A DNA stretch of 64,000 bases from an uncultured Candidatus Saccharibacteria bacterium (GTDB lineage: Bacteria; Patescibacteriota; Minisyncoccia; Minisyncoccales; Staskawiczbacteraceae). The notes beneath the pieces are model-generated. The model was given only the letters and a program-made list of their open reading frames with translations, made no database searches and was not told the origin of the DNA. The position numbers were made by a program, and so were the translations under genes. The stretch is from contig CAYZNK010000001.1 of NCBI GenBank assembly GCA_964479955.1, forward strand, positions 77,073 through 141,072, written 5' to 3'. The first letter of the stretch is position 1. The number at the start of each line of letters is the position of its first letter. Shown piece after piece: positions 1 through 8,726 of this stretch.

Positions 1-683
1 TCTTTGTTGGGGCCATATGGAGAATATCTACTTGGAGCCTGAATTAAAGCAGCTAACATAGCCGCTTCTGCAATAGAAACGTCGGAAGCGGCCTTATTGA
101 AGTATGTTTGGCTTGCTGCCTCCATTCCATAACAATTTTCTCCTAAGGGTATAGCATTTAAATACCATTCAAAGATTTGGTCTTTTGAGTATTTTTGTTC
201 TAACTCTATGCTCAAAACAATTTCACGGATTTTTCTTGAGATTGTTTTTTGTGTGCTTAAATACACCGTTCTAATAAGTTGCTGCGTTATGGTAGATCCG
301 CCATGGCTTGTAGACTGTAATTTTAAGTCTATTAATAACGACCTAAAAAGTCCCTCAATTGATATTCCGCTGTGTTGATAAAAATTAGCGTCCTCTGTTG
401 CTAAAACAGCATTTTTTATATTTTCTGAAATTTTATCAAAGGAAATAATTTCCCTCTTTTCTTCTCCATAAATATCATATAAAAGAACCTTTCCAGTCCT
501 GTCATAAATTTTAGTAGATTGAATAAACGGAGTTTCTGTAAATTTTTCCGGCTGAGGTAAGTTCCACGTGTAATAAAAAACCAAAAAAATAAATCCCGCC
601 ACAATTGCTAAAAATAAAAATAAAAAATATTTTAATCCCTTCAAAACAATTTTTTTAGGGCCATATTTTTTAAGCACATCCAT
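1..683 (-). CDS. Class A penicillin-binding protein, N-terminal peptidoglycan glycosyltransferase (GT51) part; 3' end runs off the window
   Basis: Own minus-strand translation from ATG at 683: MDVLKKYGPKK..., one TM helix, then GT51 motifs EDANFYQHSGI, GGSTITQQL, RKIREIVLSIELEQKYSKDQIFEWYLN. Missing from the ORF track because there is no stop inside the window. Confidence 0.85.
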   Translation of the reverse strand, partial: MDVLKKYGPKKIVLKGLKYFLFLFLAIVAGFIFLVFYYTWNLPQPEKFTETPFIQSTKIYDRTGKVLLYDIYGEEKREIISFDKISENIKNAVLATEDANFYQHSGISIEGLFRSLLIDLKLQSTSHGGSTITQQLIRTVYLSTQKTISRKIREIVLSIELEQKYSKDQIFEWYLNAIPLGENCYGMEAASQTYFNKAASDVSIAEAAMLAALIQAPSRYSPYGPNK

Positions 684-771
684 TTTTTTAAACATAATAT
701 TTAATCACATTTTATTCATTATATATAACCTTTAAAAACAATACCACAAAAAGTTGGTAAAATCAAAAAAC

Positions 772-806
772 AAAAGAGCGCGTTTCCGCGCCTTTCTGTT
801 TTTTGA
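772..806. terminator. Bidirectional intrinsic terminator (GCGCG-TTTC-CGCGC stem-loop with T/A runs on both sides)
   Basis: 5-bp all-GC stem at 778-791, followed by tttctgtttttt on plus and ctcttttgtttttt on minus. Sits just downstream of the minus-strand 66-aa ORF. Confidence 0.55.
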
Positions 807-811
807 TTTTT

Positions 812-1012
812 TTATTCATCTTCAACCTCTGTTTCATCGTCGTTATCCGCGTCTAGCCCATCTTCATCTTCCTCGTCGTCCTCGTCTTCATCCTCCCCCC
901 CTGCGTCCTCTTCCCAATTATTATCATCTTCAAAGTCATCGTCGCTATTAATTAACCGGGTTAAAAATTCCTCTTCCATTTTTTTTTGCTTATTTTTTAG
1001 AAATAAACTCAT
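812..1012 (-). CDS. Small, extremely acidic hypothetical protein (66 aa, D/E-rich tail)
   Basis: ORF with ATG start, ending directly at the terminator hairpin. C-terminal 45 aa are almost entirely D/E/N/G. No family recognised and no clear SD. Confidence 0.4.
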   Translation of the reverse strand: MSLFLKNKQKKMEEEFLTRLINSDDDFEDDNNWEEDAGGEDEDEDDEEDEDGLDADNDDETEVEDE

Positions 1013-1132
1013 ATTTATGGGTTGATCTCTAAAAAAATAAGCTTAATTTTGAAATTTATTATTCTTTTGTCCTTATTATATTTTTTAAAAAATTATTGTC
1101 AAGATTGTGTTTTCCACAAGGGATTAATTATT

Positions 1133-1624
1133 TTAAAAAACCTTAAAACTAGCACAAACAGCGACACCAAGGGCGTCAAAAGCATCATCTTTTTTCCTGT
1201 TTTTTTGCTTAAAATCGAAACCATCTAAATCCAGAATTTTTTTTATCATTTCTTGTAGTTGTTTTTTTTCAGCTCTTCCATATCCGCAAACGGCCATTTT
1301 AACCTGCAATGGGGTAAATTCTGTAACAGGGATATTTTTTTGGGCGCAGGCCAACAATATTACTCCTTTTGTTTGGCTTACCGGAATAATCGTTTTTAAA
1401 TTTTTAAAAAAATACAAGCTTTCAATGGATATCAAATCAGGCCTGTATTTTTCGATTAATTTAAAAATTTCTTTGTAGTTTTTTTTCAGTTTTTCTCCCG
1501 AATTCATAAATCCATCAACTATTATACACCCAAAATCAACAACCTTTAAAATTTTTTTATCCGACTTATTTAAGATAGCATATCCTATAATAGCAGAGCC
1601 AGGATCAATTCCTAAAATTACCAT
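1133..1624 (-). CDS. ruvC: Crossover junction endodeoxyribonuclease RuvC
   Basis: N-terminus ILGIDPGSAIIGYAIL is the RuvC catalytic Asp motif. Size 163 aa; sits downstream of yebC as in many bacteria. Confidence 0.9.
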   Translation of the reverse strand: MVILGIDPGSAIIGYAILNKSDKKILKVVDFGCIIVDGFMNSGEKLKKNYKEIFKLIEKYRPDLISIESLYFFKNLKTIIPVSQTKGVILLACAQKNIPVTEFTPLQVKMAVCGYGRAEKKQLQEMIKKILDLDGFDFKQKNRKKDDAFDALGVAVCASFKVF

Positions 1625-2343
1625 TAACTTTTTAAATTAGAATAAATATCATTAACGGCATCATTCTCATCTAATGCTTCAAAAAGTTTCTGAGCTTGTT
1701 CTTTTTCCTTTTCAGAAATTTCCATTTCTTCTTTTGCTATGTATCCCAAAGAAGAAGATTCAACTTTTATTTGTTTTTCTTCAAGAGTTTTTCTTACAGC
1801 ATCAAGGTCTTCGGGCTTAGTGTGGATTTCCAAATTCTCTTCATACCACCTTACGTCATCGGCTCCAGCCTCAATTGCTGCCATTTCCAGGTCTTCTTTG
1901 GGTTTTCCCTCGGGCAAGACAACAATAGACCCTTTTCTTTCAAACATCCACCTTACAGCCCCTTCACCTGCCATTTTGCCGTTATTTTGATTTAGAATAA
2001 CCTTTATCTCAGTAAGCGTTCTATTTGAATTATCAGTAATGCCCTCTATTATTAAAGCAATTCCTCCCGGGCCAAAACCTTCGTAAGAAACCTCTTCAAG
2101 AGATTCCCCGGCCAATTCGCCTGTACCCTTTTTAATAGCTCTTTCAATATTTTCTTTAGGCATATTAAAAGACTTAGCCTGTTCTATAACTGCCTTTAAC
2201 TTTGAATTTTTATTGGGGTCTCCGCCACCTTCTTTGGCGGCAATAGTGATAAGCCTCCCAAACTTAGAATAAATTTTACCTTTTTTTGCAGCATTGGCCA
2301 TCTTTGTGGCCATTACTGTTTTTGCATGACTATGTCCTGACAT
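1624..2343 (-). CDS. yebC: YebC/PmpR family DNA-binding transcriptional regulator
   Basis: MSGHSHAKT..., KKGKIYSKFGRLITIAAKEGGGDPNKNSKLK and NMPKENIERAIKKG are canonical YebC/TACO1 motifs. Confidence 0.92.
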   Translation of the reverse strand: MSGHSHAKTVMATKMANAAKKGKIYSKFGRLITIAAKEGGGDPNKNSKLKAVIEQAKSFNMPKENIERAIKKGTGELAGESLEEVSYEGFGPGGIALIIEGITDNSNRTLTEIKVILNQNNGKMAGEGAVRWMFERKGSIVVLPEGKPKEDLEMAAIEAGADDVRWYEENLEIHTKPEDLDAVRKTLEEKQIKVESSSLGYIAKEEMEISEKEKEQAQKLFEALDENDAVNDIYSNLKS

Positions 2344-3313
2344 TTGTTTTTGATAGTTTTAATTTTATAAATAATACGACTGTGGCAGAAATTATAGTTA
2401 AAATTACAGCTATTAAAAATAAAAACCAAGGATTTGTTGAGCTTTCTTGTATCGCGGACAAACCTTTTTCTTGGATTGTATTTAAGTTAAAATTTTTATC
2501 TATAAGCCCTGCTTCTATATTATTAACAGAGTTTTCTATTTTTAGCAAGCCTTTATCTGTTTCAGAAGAGATAATATTTTTTGTTCCCTTTGTTATGTCT
2601 TGGCTCCATTGCCACCCTGGGGAAATTTTATTATAAGATTGTCCCGTGGGAGATTTTTGAAAAATAACACTATCTGCAATCTCCCCATTCGGATATAAAA
2701 GGAATAATCCGTCTTCGTTATTATTCAATATTATTTTTGTTTCAGGCCTTGTAAAAACTAAATATCCGTTTGAAAAAATTTTTGTTCCAGTCGGAATAAT
2801 AAAAACAACAACAGTCCCAACACTGTCTTTTATTTGCCATCCAGACAGGTCAACATCAAAATTATTGCTGTTAAAAATTTCAATCCATTCTTCTGAGTCG
2901 TCTGCACCTTGCGGGGATGGAAGAATCTCGTTCAGAAAAACTCCTTTTGGGTATTCAATAATGGAAAGCTCGGGATTATTGTTATCTTCTTTATTTTCTG
3001 CACTAATTGTGGCAGAATTTTCTGCACTAATTGTGGCAGATAGTGGTTCTATGGCTTCTGTCTGGCAATCTACGCATGCAAAACCCTGGTCTTTTATTTT
3101 TTGCAAAGTTTTTTCTCCAATACCTTTTACTTCGAGCAAGTCGTCTAATGACAAATATGGACGGCCATCAATAATTCGTTGAGCGTATGTCGGGCCAATT
3201 CCTGTCAGTTGGTCTAACTGCCCCAAGGTTGCTGTATTAATATCTATTTGTTCTGCGAAAATTAAAAAAGGAAAAAATAAGGCCAGTAAAAGAAAAAATA
3301 TAATTTTTTTCAT
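2330..3313 (-). CDS. Secreted/anchored ComEA-like helix-hairpin-helix DNA-binding protein fused to a lamin-tail (LTD) domain, C-terminal TM anchor
   Basis: Signal-like N-terminus. ComEA-type HhH segment INTATLGQLDQLTGIGPTYAQRII...VKGIGEKTLQKI. LTD-like LNEILPSPQGADDSEEWIEIFN...LSGWQIKD. Hydrophobic C-terminal helix. Confidence 0.7.
   Translation of the reverse strand: MKKIIFFLLLALFFPFLIFAEQIDINTATLGQLDQLTGIGPTYAQRIIDGRPYLSLDDLLEVKGIGEKTLQKIKDQGFACVDCQTEAIEPLSATISAENSATISAENKEDNNNPELSIIEYPKGVFLNEILPSPQGADDSEEWIEIFNSNNFDVDLSGWQIKDSVGTVVVFIIPTGTKIFSNGYLVFTRPETKIILNNNEDGLFLLYPNGEIADSVIFQKSPTGQSYNKISPGWQWSQDITKGTKNIISSETDKGLLKIENSVNNIEAGLIDKNFNLNTIQEKGLSAIQESSTNPWFLFLIAVILTIISATVVLFIKLKLSKTNVRT
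2995..3040. repeat. Tandem 24-bp duplication inside the ComEA/LTD gene (encodes SATISAEN twice)
   Basis: tttctgcactaattgtggcaga occurs twice back to back (2995-3016 and 3019-3040). Confidence 0.9.
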
Positions 3314-3350
3314 AAAACCATAGATAAAAACTGGCGATGGGCGTCAGTTT

Positions 3351-4358
3351 TTAAATAAGCTGTTTTTTTATATGAAACAAATCTAAATGTTCATATGCAA
3401 GCCTGGATGCAATTCTTCCCCTGGGAGTTCTTTCTATAAATCCGCACTGCATTAAATAAGGTTCATAAATATCCAAAATTGTGTCTTCCTCTTCCATTGC
3501 GGCGGCTGATAAAGATTGCAATCCAACCGGGCCTCCATTGAATTTTTCAATAAGCGCTGTCAGAATTTTTCTATCTCCAGACTCAAGTCCCATTCTGTCT
3601 ATTTCCAAAAAATCTAGGGCATTTTCAGAAATTTCTTTTGTTATTATTCCTGTTCCATTAACCTCCGCAAAATCTCTCACTCTTCTTAAGAGCCTATTGG
3701 CAACCCTTGGTGTAAAGCGCGACCTTTTGGCAATTGAATTTAATGCATCATTTTCTATTTTTGTTCCCAAAATATCCGCTGACCTTTGGATGATTTTTTC
3801 TATATCCAACAAATTATAAAAATTAAGTTGAAAAGTTGCCCCAAATCTGTTTCTTAATGGGGCAGATAAAAGCCCAGGTCTTGTTGTTGCTCCGATAATA
3901 GTGAATCGAGGTAATTTTAATTCCATTGTCCTCGCCATGGGCCCTTTTCCTAAAATAAGGTTTAGCTTATAGTCTTCCATTGCAGGATAGAGATATTCTT
4001 CAACGGTGTTGCTTATCCTGTGAATTTCATCTAAGAACAAAACATCTCCTTCATTTAAATTAGTTAAAATAGCAGCTAAATCCCCGGCCCTTTCAATAGC
4101 GGGGCCCGAGGTAATCCTTATATCCTTTCCCATTTCAAGAGCAACCAGGTGAGCCAATGTGGTTTTTCCCAAACCCGAGTTTCCATAAAATAATAAATGG
4201 TCTGGAGCTTGACCTCTTTGTTTTGCGGCAGTGATAATTATTTTTATATTTTCCTTAATTTTTTCCTGGCCAACATAATCAGACCAATTTTTTGGTCTTA
4301 AGGCAAAATCTAGGCTTTCCTCTTCGGGTGTTAATTTTTGCGAGTTAGGTCTTGACAC
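3351..4358 (-). CDS. ruvB: Holliday junction branch migration helicase RuvB
   Basis: AAA+ Walker [12 protein letters not shown], Walker B LFLDEIHR, and the RuvB C-terminal winged-helix region; 335 aa. Confidence 0.95.
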   Translation of the reverse strand: MSRPNSQKLTPEEESLDFALRPKNWSDYVGQEKIKENIKIIITAAKQRGQAPDHLLFYGNSGLGKTTLAHLVALEMGKDIRITSGPAIERAGDLAAILTNLNEGDVLFLDEIHRISNTVEEYLYPAMEDYKLNLILGKGPMARTMELKLPRFTIIGATTRPGLLSAPLRNRFGATFQLNFYNLLDIEKIIQRSADILGTKIENDALNSIAKRSRFTPRVANRLLRRVRDFAEVNGTGIITKEISENALDFLEIDRMGLESGDRKILTALIEKFNGGPVGLQSLSAAAMEEEDTILDIYEPYLMQCGFIERTPRGRIASRLAYEHLDLFHIKKQLI

Positions 4359-4414
4359 AAGTATTTTAAGGTGATATAATTTATATTATACAAATAATTT
4401 GGTATTTTAGAAAG

Positions 4415-4552
4415 AAAACGGCTCTGGAGTTGGAGGTAATATTTTGGATTTGTTTCAGTTTATGGATAACTTTGCTCTGGCTCAGTTATTCCTCAAACAA
4501 ATCTTTGTTTATGTCCCAGACATAAAACTACCTCCAACTCCAGAGCCGTTTT
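4415..4552. repeat. Long inverted repeat / extended hairpin between pilB-like gene and ruvB (24-bp perfect arms, 90-nt structured spacer)
   Basis: aaaacggctctggagttggaggta (4415-4438) is the exact reverse complement of 4529-4552. The spacer holds further nested pairings (gatttgttt/aaacaaatc; tttatgtc/gacataaa). T-runs flank it on both strands. Confidence 0.8.
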
Positions 4553-4572
4553 TTGCAAAAAGAAAGATGTTT

Positions 4573-5925
4573 TTAAACTTCAGATTTTGAATTTTCAAAA
4601 AACTCATCTTCTTCTACCATTCTCCTAACTTCATCTAAGGTTGTTTTCCCTTCTGCTACATCCAGTAGTCCTGACTGGTACATTGTCACCATACCCTTTT
4701 TAATTGCCAAATCCCTAATTGATGAAACTGGCGGGTTTGTCAGAATAAACTTTTCCATTTCAGAGTCAACCAAAAATGCTTCAAATAATCCCTGCCTACC
4801 CTTAAAGCCAGTAAAATTGCAGGTCTCACAGCCTTCTTTTTTAATTCTTGCAATCTTGATTTTGTCTAAGTTTGGCAGTTTTATTTTTGATTTTAAAGAC
4901 AAAGATTTTAATCCTTTTTTAATTTCAGCCAATTCTTCTGGTTTAGGATTTTCCAGAGCAGAGCATTTTTTGCAAACTTTTCTTACCAGCCTTTGAGCAA
5001 CGGCCATCTTCAAAGCGGGCGCTATTGAAGAAGATTCTGCCCCCAAATCAACAAGCCTTGGTATTGTTCCGGCCGCATCATTTGTGTGCAAAGTTGAAAG
5101 CACTAGGTGTCCGGTTAAAGCCGCCTGCAAGGAGATTTTTGCGGTTTCCAAATCCCTAATTTCTCCAACCAGAATAACATCCGGATCTTGTCTTACAATA
5201 GACTTTAAGCCGTCGGCAAAAGTATATCCTTTTTCGGGGGCAATCTGTGTTTGAGAGATTCCTTTTAAATGATATTCAATCGGATCTTCAATAGTGATAA
5301 TTTTGACTTCCGGGTTTTGTATTTTTTTTAAAAAAGCATACAGCGTTGTTGTTTTTCCAGATCCAGTGGGGCCTGTAACAATTATCATTCCATTGGGTTT
5401 TTGAATTTCTTTTTGAAAAATTTTATATAAGTCTTCTCTTAAACCAAGGCTGCTCAAATCAATCAAATTTTTGGGATTTAATATTCTTAAAACAATTGAT
5501 TCTCCGTATTCAGCCGGCAAACTGGAAGTCCTTATTTCAACCAATGTCTCGTTAACTTCAATCGAAAACCTGCCATCTTGGGGCTTGTCTGTTATATTTA
5601 ATTTTAGTTTTGAAAGAAGTTTTATTCTTGAAAGAAGGCTGCGGTAAATATTTTGTTCAAAAAAAACAACATCTTGTAAGATGCCGTCTAATCTAATTCT
5701 AAGCTTGGCTTGGTCCTCTTGGGGCTCTATATGGATGTCAGAAGCATCAAGCTCTATTGAGCCAAAAAGAATCATGTCCACAAGTTCTGTGGTGCTTTTT
5801 GAAATTGTTTTTTCAATTATATTTTTAAGGCCACCAATATTCTTGGCCGATTTTTTGAATTCTTCAATGGTCTGACCGGAGATGGACACAGAGCCTAATA
5901 TTTTTTTTGTGGAATCATCTGGCAT
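4573..5925 (-). CDS. Type II/IV secretion system ATPase (GspE/PilB family)
   Basis: Walker A GPTGSGKTTT, Asp box, Walker B ILVGEIRD, His box LVLSTLHTNDA, and a C-terminal tetracysteine CxxC...CxxC motif. Confidence 0.88.
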   Translation of the reverse strand: MPDDSTKKILGSVSISGQTIEEFKKSAKNIGGLKNIIEKTISKSTTELVDMILFGSIELDASDIHIEPQEDQAKLRIRLDGILQDVVFFEQNIYRSLLSRIKLLSKLKLNITDKPQDGRFSIEVNETLVEIRTSSLPAEYGESIVLRILNPKNLIDLSSLGLREDLYKIFQKEIQKPNGMIIVTGPTGSGKTTTLYAFLKKIQNPEVKIITIEDPIEYHLKGISQTQIAPEKGYTFADGLKSIVRQDPDVILVGEIRDLETAKISLQAALTGHLVLSTLHTNDAAGTIPRLVDLGAESSSIAPALKMAVAQRLVRKVCKKCSALENPKPEELAEIKKGLKSLSLKSKIKLPNLDKIKIARIKKEGCETCNFTGFKGRQGLFEAFLVDSEMEKFILTNPPVSSIRDLAIKKGMVTMYQSGLLDVAEGKTTLDEVRRMVEEDEFFENSKSEV

Positions 5926-5926
5926 A

Positions 5927-6667
5927 TTATATTTTTAAGTTTTCATTTATTTTTTTTAAATCCGCTCCGCTTTTTATTAGCAATGCGGCTGCCTCAAAAA
6001 TATCCGCAGTAGTTTTGTCTCCCTTAAAATTATCCGTATAAGTTATCAATCCTGCCAATAAACAGTCCGTAGAATCCTTGTTTATATTCCCGTCTTTAAT
6101 AGAGGTGATTAATTCTAAGACAATTTCAGTAAGGGAAACCCTATCCGTCAAATTAATTTTACCAAAATTTTTATTGTTTTGGCTACTGTTTTCAGAATCT
6201 ATATTAAGTATGGGGGATCCCAGTAAAAATCCAAAAGGATTGAGCTTTGTTTCAAGCAGTTCTTGGTAATCTTTTATTTTTAATGTAATTACAATATCTG
6301 GCCTTACTTCGGAAAAATAAAAAGAAATATCGTCTTTTTTGACAATTCCTTTTTCTACGGTCAAGTGTATGTTTAAAGAGTCATCATTTTTTTCATAATA
6401 GATCTGAGAAACATCGACGATTTTTTTAGGGATTGAAATCGTAAAATTTTTCGGGTAAGAAACAAAATCAACCGAGGGAGCTAAAAAATTTAAATTCTGC
6501 GGGAATTTTTCTATAATCAAGTTTACATTTTTTCCTAATTCTTTTAAAGTATAGAAAAGGGCCATAGCAGACGAAATTGATTCCAAATCAGAGTCTTCTG
6601 CAATAAGACAGATATTTTCAGCGCCTGTTATAAATTTTTTAGTTTCTTCTTTTTGGTTTATGGTCAT
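5927..6667 (-). CDS. DHH-family phosphoesterase-like protein with degenerate motifs (NrnA-like fold suspected)
   Basis: The N-terminal pattern ICLIAEDSDLESISSAMALFYTLKELGKNV resembles NrnA/DHH motif I-II spacing, but canonical DHH residues are not evident. Weak call. Confidence 0.35.
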   Translation of the reverse strand: MTINQKEETKKFITGAENICLIAEDSDLESISSAMALFYTLKELGKNVNLIIEKFPQNLNFLAPSVDFVSYPKNFTISIPKKIVDVSQIYYEKNDDSLNIHLTVEKGIVKKDDISFYFSEVRPDIVITLKIKDYQELLETKLNPFGFLLGSPILNIDSENSSQNNKNFGKINLTDRVSLTEIVLELITSIKDGNINKDSTDCLLAGLITYTDNFKGDKTTADIFEAAALLIKSGADLKKINENLKI

Positions 6668-6750
6668 GGTTTATAATTTCAAAGTTATTTTACACTATGC
6701 GATTTTAAGAAATAAGTCAACACAAAAGAAAGTTTTATAAAACATCAACA

Positions 6751-7206
6751 ATGGAAAATATAATTACAACGGAAAATTCCATACAAACCAAAAAGATTGG
6801 CAAACGAACAGCCCAAGAAATAATCCAAAAAACTAAAAAAAATTTAACAAAAAAAGGGGCTGTGGTTGTGGGGTTATCAGGTGATTTAGGGTCAGGAAAA
6901 ACAACGTTTTTACAGGGATTTGCAGAAGAGCTTGGAGTAAAAGAAAAAATATTAAGTCCGACGTTCGTGATATTAAAACATTTCAAAATTAAAAATTCTA
7001 TTTTTTCTGATTTTTATCATATCGATTGTTATCGCATAGGCAAACCGGAAGACATATTGGAGGTGGGATTCGAAAAAATAATTTTGGAAGATAAAAATAT
7101 AATTGCCATCGAATGGCCTGAAAAAATAAAAAAATTTTTACCCAAAGATTTTATTAGAATAAAATTTAAGAGTATTAATTTTAATAAAAGGAAAATAGAA
7201 AAATAA
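6751..7206 (+). CDS. tsaE: tRNA t6A37 biosynthesis ATPase TsaE (YjeE)
   Basis: GLSGDLGSGKTTFLQGFAEELGV P-loop, SPTFVILKHF and YHIDCYRI motifs are typical of TsaE. Confidence 0.88.
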   Translation: MENIITTENSIQTKKIGKRTAQEIIQKTKKNLTKKGAVVVGLSGDLGSGKTTFLQGFAEELGVKEKILSPTFVILKHFKIKNSIFSDFYHIDCYRIGKPEDILEVGFEKIILEDKNIIAIEWPEKIKKFLPKDFIRIKFKSINFNKRKIEK

Positions 7207-7243
7207 TATTTTATTTTTGGGCATATTTGTAATATAATAAATT

Positions 7244-8143
7244 ATGGATAAAAAAAGGCTGATTATCATTGACTCAAATGCTTTATTGCACAGGTCGTTT
7301 CACGCCTTGCCGCCCCTAAAAACTAAAACAGGGCAAGAGACAGGAGCTGTCTATGGATATTTGCTTACACTATTCAAAGCAATAAAAGATTTACAGGCGA
7401 ACTACATTGTTGCTTGTTTTGACACAAAAGCCAAAACCTTTCGCCACGAGAGATTTCAGGAGTATAAGGCCAAAAGGCCTGTCACACCCGAAGGGATAAT
7501 TTTCCAAATACCGATTACAAAACAGGTCTTATCCAGCCTTAATATACCAATTTTTGCAATGGAAGGGTTTGAAGCAGATGACTTGATAGCTACTATTTGC
7601 GAAATGGCGCAAAAGAACAGCGCAAACAAAGATTTGGAAATTTTTATTGTTTCTGGAGATTTAGACAATTTACAACTGGTAAATGAAACCGTAAAGGTAT
7701 ATACTTTAGGAAAGGGGATAAAAGATACAATTATATATGATGCAGAAAAAGTAAAAGAAAGATTTGGGGTAGATCCTTTGCAGATGAATGATTTTAAGGC
7801 TTTAACAGGAGACCCCACAGACAATATTCCTGGCGTTCCTGGCATTGGAAAAACAACAGCAGCAGACTTAATCCAAAGATTTGGGACAATAAAAAATCTT
7901 TATGACGAAATTTCAACGGATACGGCAGTTTTAAAACCTAAAACCAAAGAATTACTTAAAAAAAACAAACAGCTTGCGTTTTTATCACTAGACCTCGTAA
8001 AAACAAAAAAGGACATAGACATAAATTTTAAAATTGAAGACTCAATATTCGGAAATTTTGACAAAAATTTAGTAGAAGAAATTTGTAAAAAGTTAGAATT
8101 TAATTCATTAATTGTTCGTTTATCATCATTAATTGATAAATAA
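7244..8143 (+). CDS. Stand-alone 5'-3' exonuclease / flap endonuclease (Pol I N-terminal domain homolog)
   Basis: LIIIDSNALLHRSFHALP, EADDLIAT, GDLDNLQLV, and HhH region LTGDPTDNIPGVPGIGKTTA. At 299 aa there is no polymerase domain. Confidence 0.9.
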   Translation: MDKKRLIIIDSNALLHRSFHALPPLKTKTGQETGAVYGYLLTLFKAIKDLQANYIVACFDTKAKTFRHERFQEYKAKRPVTPEGIIFQIPITKQVLSSLNIPIFAMEGFEADDLIATICEMAQKNSANKDLEIFIVSGDLDNLQLVNETVKVYTLGKGIKDTIIYDAEKVKERFGVDPLQMNDFKALTGDPTDNIPGVPGIGKTTAADLIQRFGTIKNLYDEISTDTAVLKPKTKELLKKNKQLAFLSLDLVKTKKDIDINFKIEDSIFGNFDKNLVEEICKKLEFNSLIVRLSSLIDK

Positions 8144-8144
8144 T

Positions 8145-8669
8145 ATGTCAAAAGTTTCAGTTAAAATAGCGTTTCCAATGATTCTGGCGGCGGTTTTCGT
8201 CGCTGTAATCTTAATCTCCGTTGATTATGAAAGGCTTAGTTTGGCTTCATATATTACAATCTCCTTTCTTTTTATCTTTGTATTTTTTTTCGGATTCAAT
8301 ACAGGCCAAAGCTTTTCAGCCCCCATTAAAAAAATATTGAGCAGGGCAATTGACCTTAATAAAGGGGACTTAAAGACAAGAGTTTATTTGGAGACCAAAG
8401 ATGAATTGTCCGAATTGGCAAGAGCTTTCAACCAAATAGCGGAAAAACTTGAAGAGAGTAAATGTCTTGAGGAACAAACGGAAAAATCAGTTGATATGAA
8501 GGTAAGGGCTAAAACAAAATCTTTAGAAGAAACAATAACTGCGCTAGAACAGAAAGTCAAAAACAGGACAATAGAGCTTGAACGGGCGAACGAAGCCTTA
8601 AGGAAACACCAGCCAAAATCAAAATCTGAATCTGTAGAAGACAGTGAAACAAGCGATAAACAGCCATAG
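8145..8669 (+). CDS. Membrane protein with HAMP domain and coiled-coil tail
   Basis: Two TM helices, then HAMP-like PIKKILSRAIDLNKGDLKTRV...DELSELARAFNQIAEKLEE. No kinase or output domain. ATG at 8145 preferred over the TTG at 8133. Confidence 0.6.
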   Translation: MSKVSVKIAFPMILAAVFVAVILISVDYERLSLASYITISFLFIFVFFFGFNTGQSFSAPIKKILSRAIDLNKGDLKTRVYLETKDELSELARAFNQIAEKLEESKCLEEQTEKSVDMKVRAKTKSLEETITALEQKVKNRTIELERANEALRKHQPKSKSESVEDSETSDKQP

Positions 8670-8685
8670 CCTAATTAAAATCATA

Positions 8686-8718
8686 AAAACCGCCGCACAT
8701 TATTTGTGTGGCGGTTTT
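8686..8718. terminator. Bidirectional intrinsic terminator between convergent genes
   Basis: aaaaccgccgcaca / tgtgtggcggtttt stem with one G-U pair, A-run upstream and T-run downstream. Confidence 0.8.
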
Positions 8719-8726
8719 ATTGACTG

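Noticed and set aside
754-951. 65-aa plus-strand His/Pro/Arg-rich ORF
   Set aside because: It is the mirror image of the acidic GAA/GAT-rich minus-strand ORF. It runs through the terminator hairpin and has no start context.
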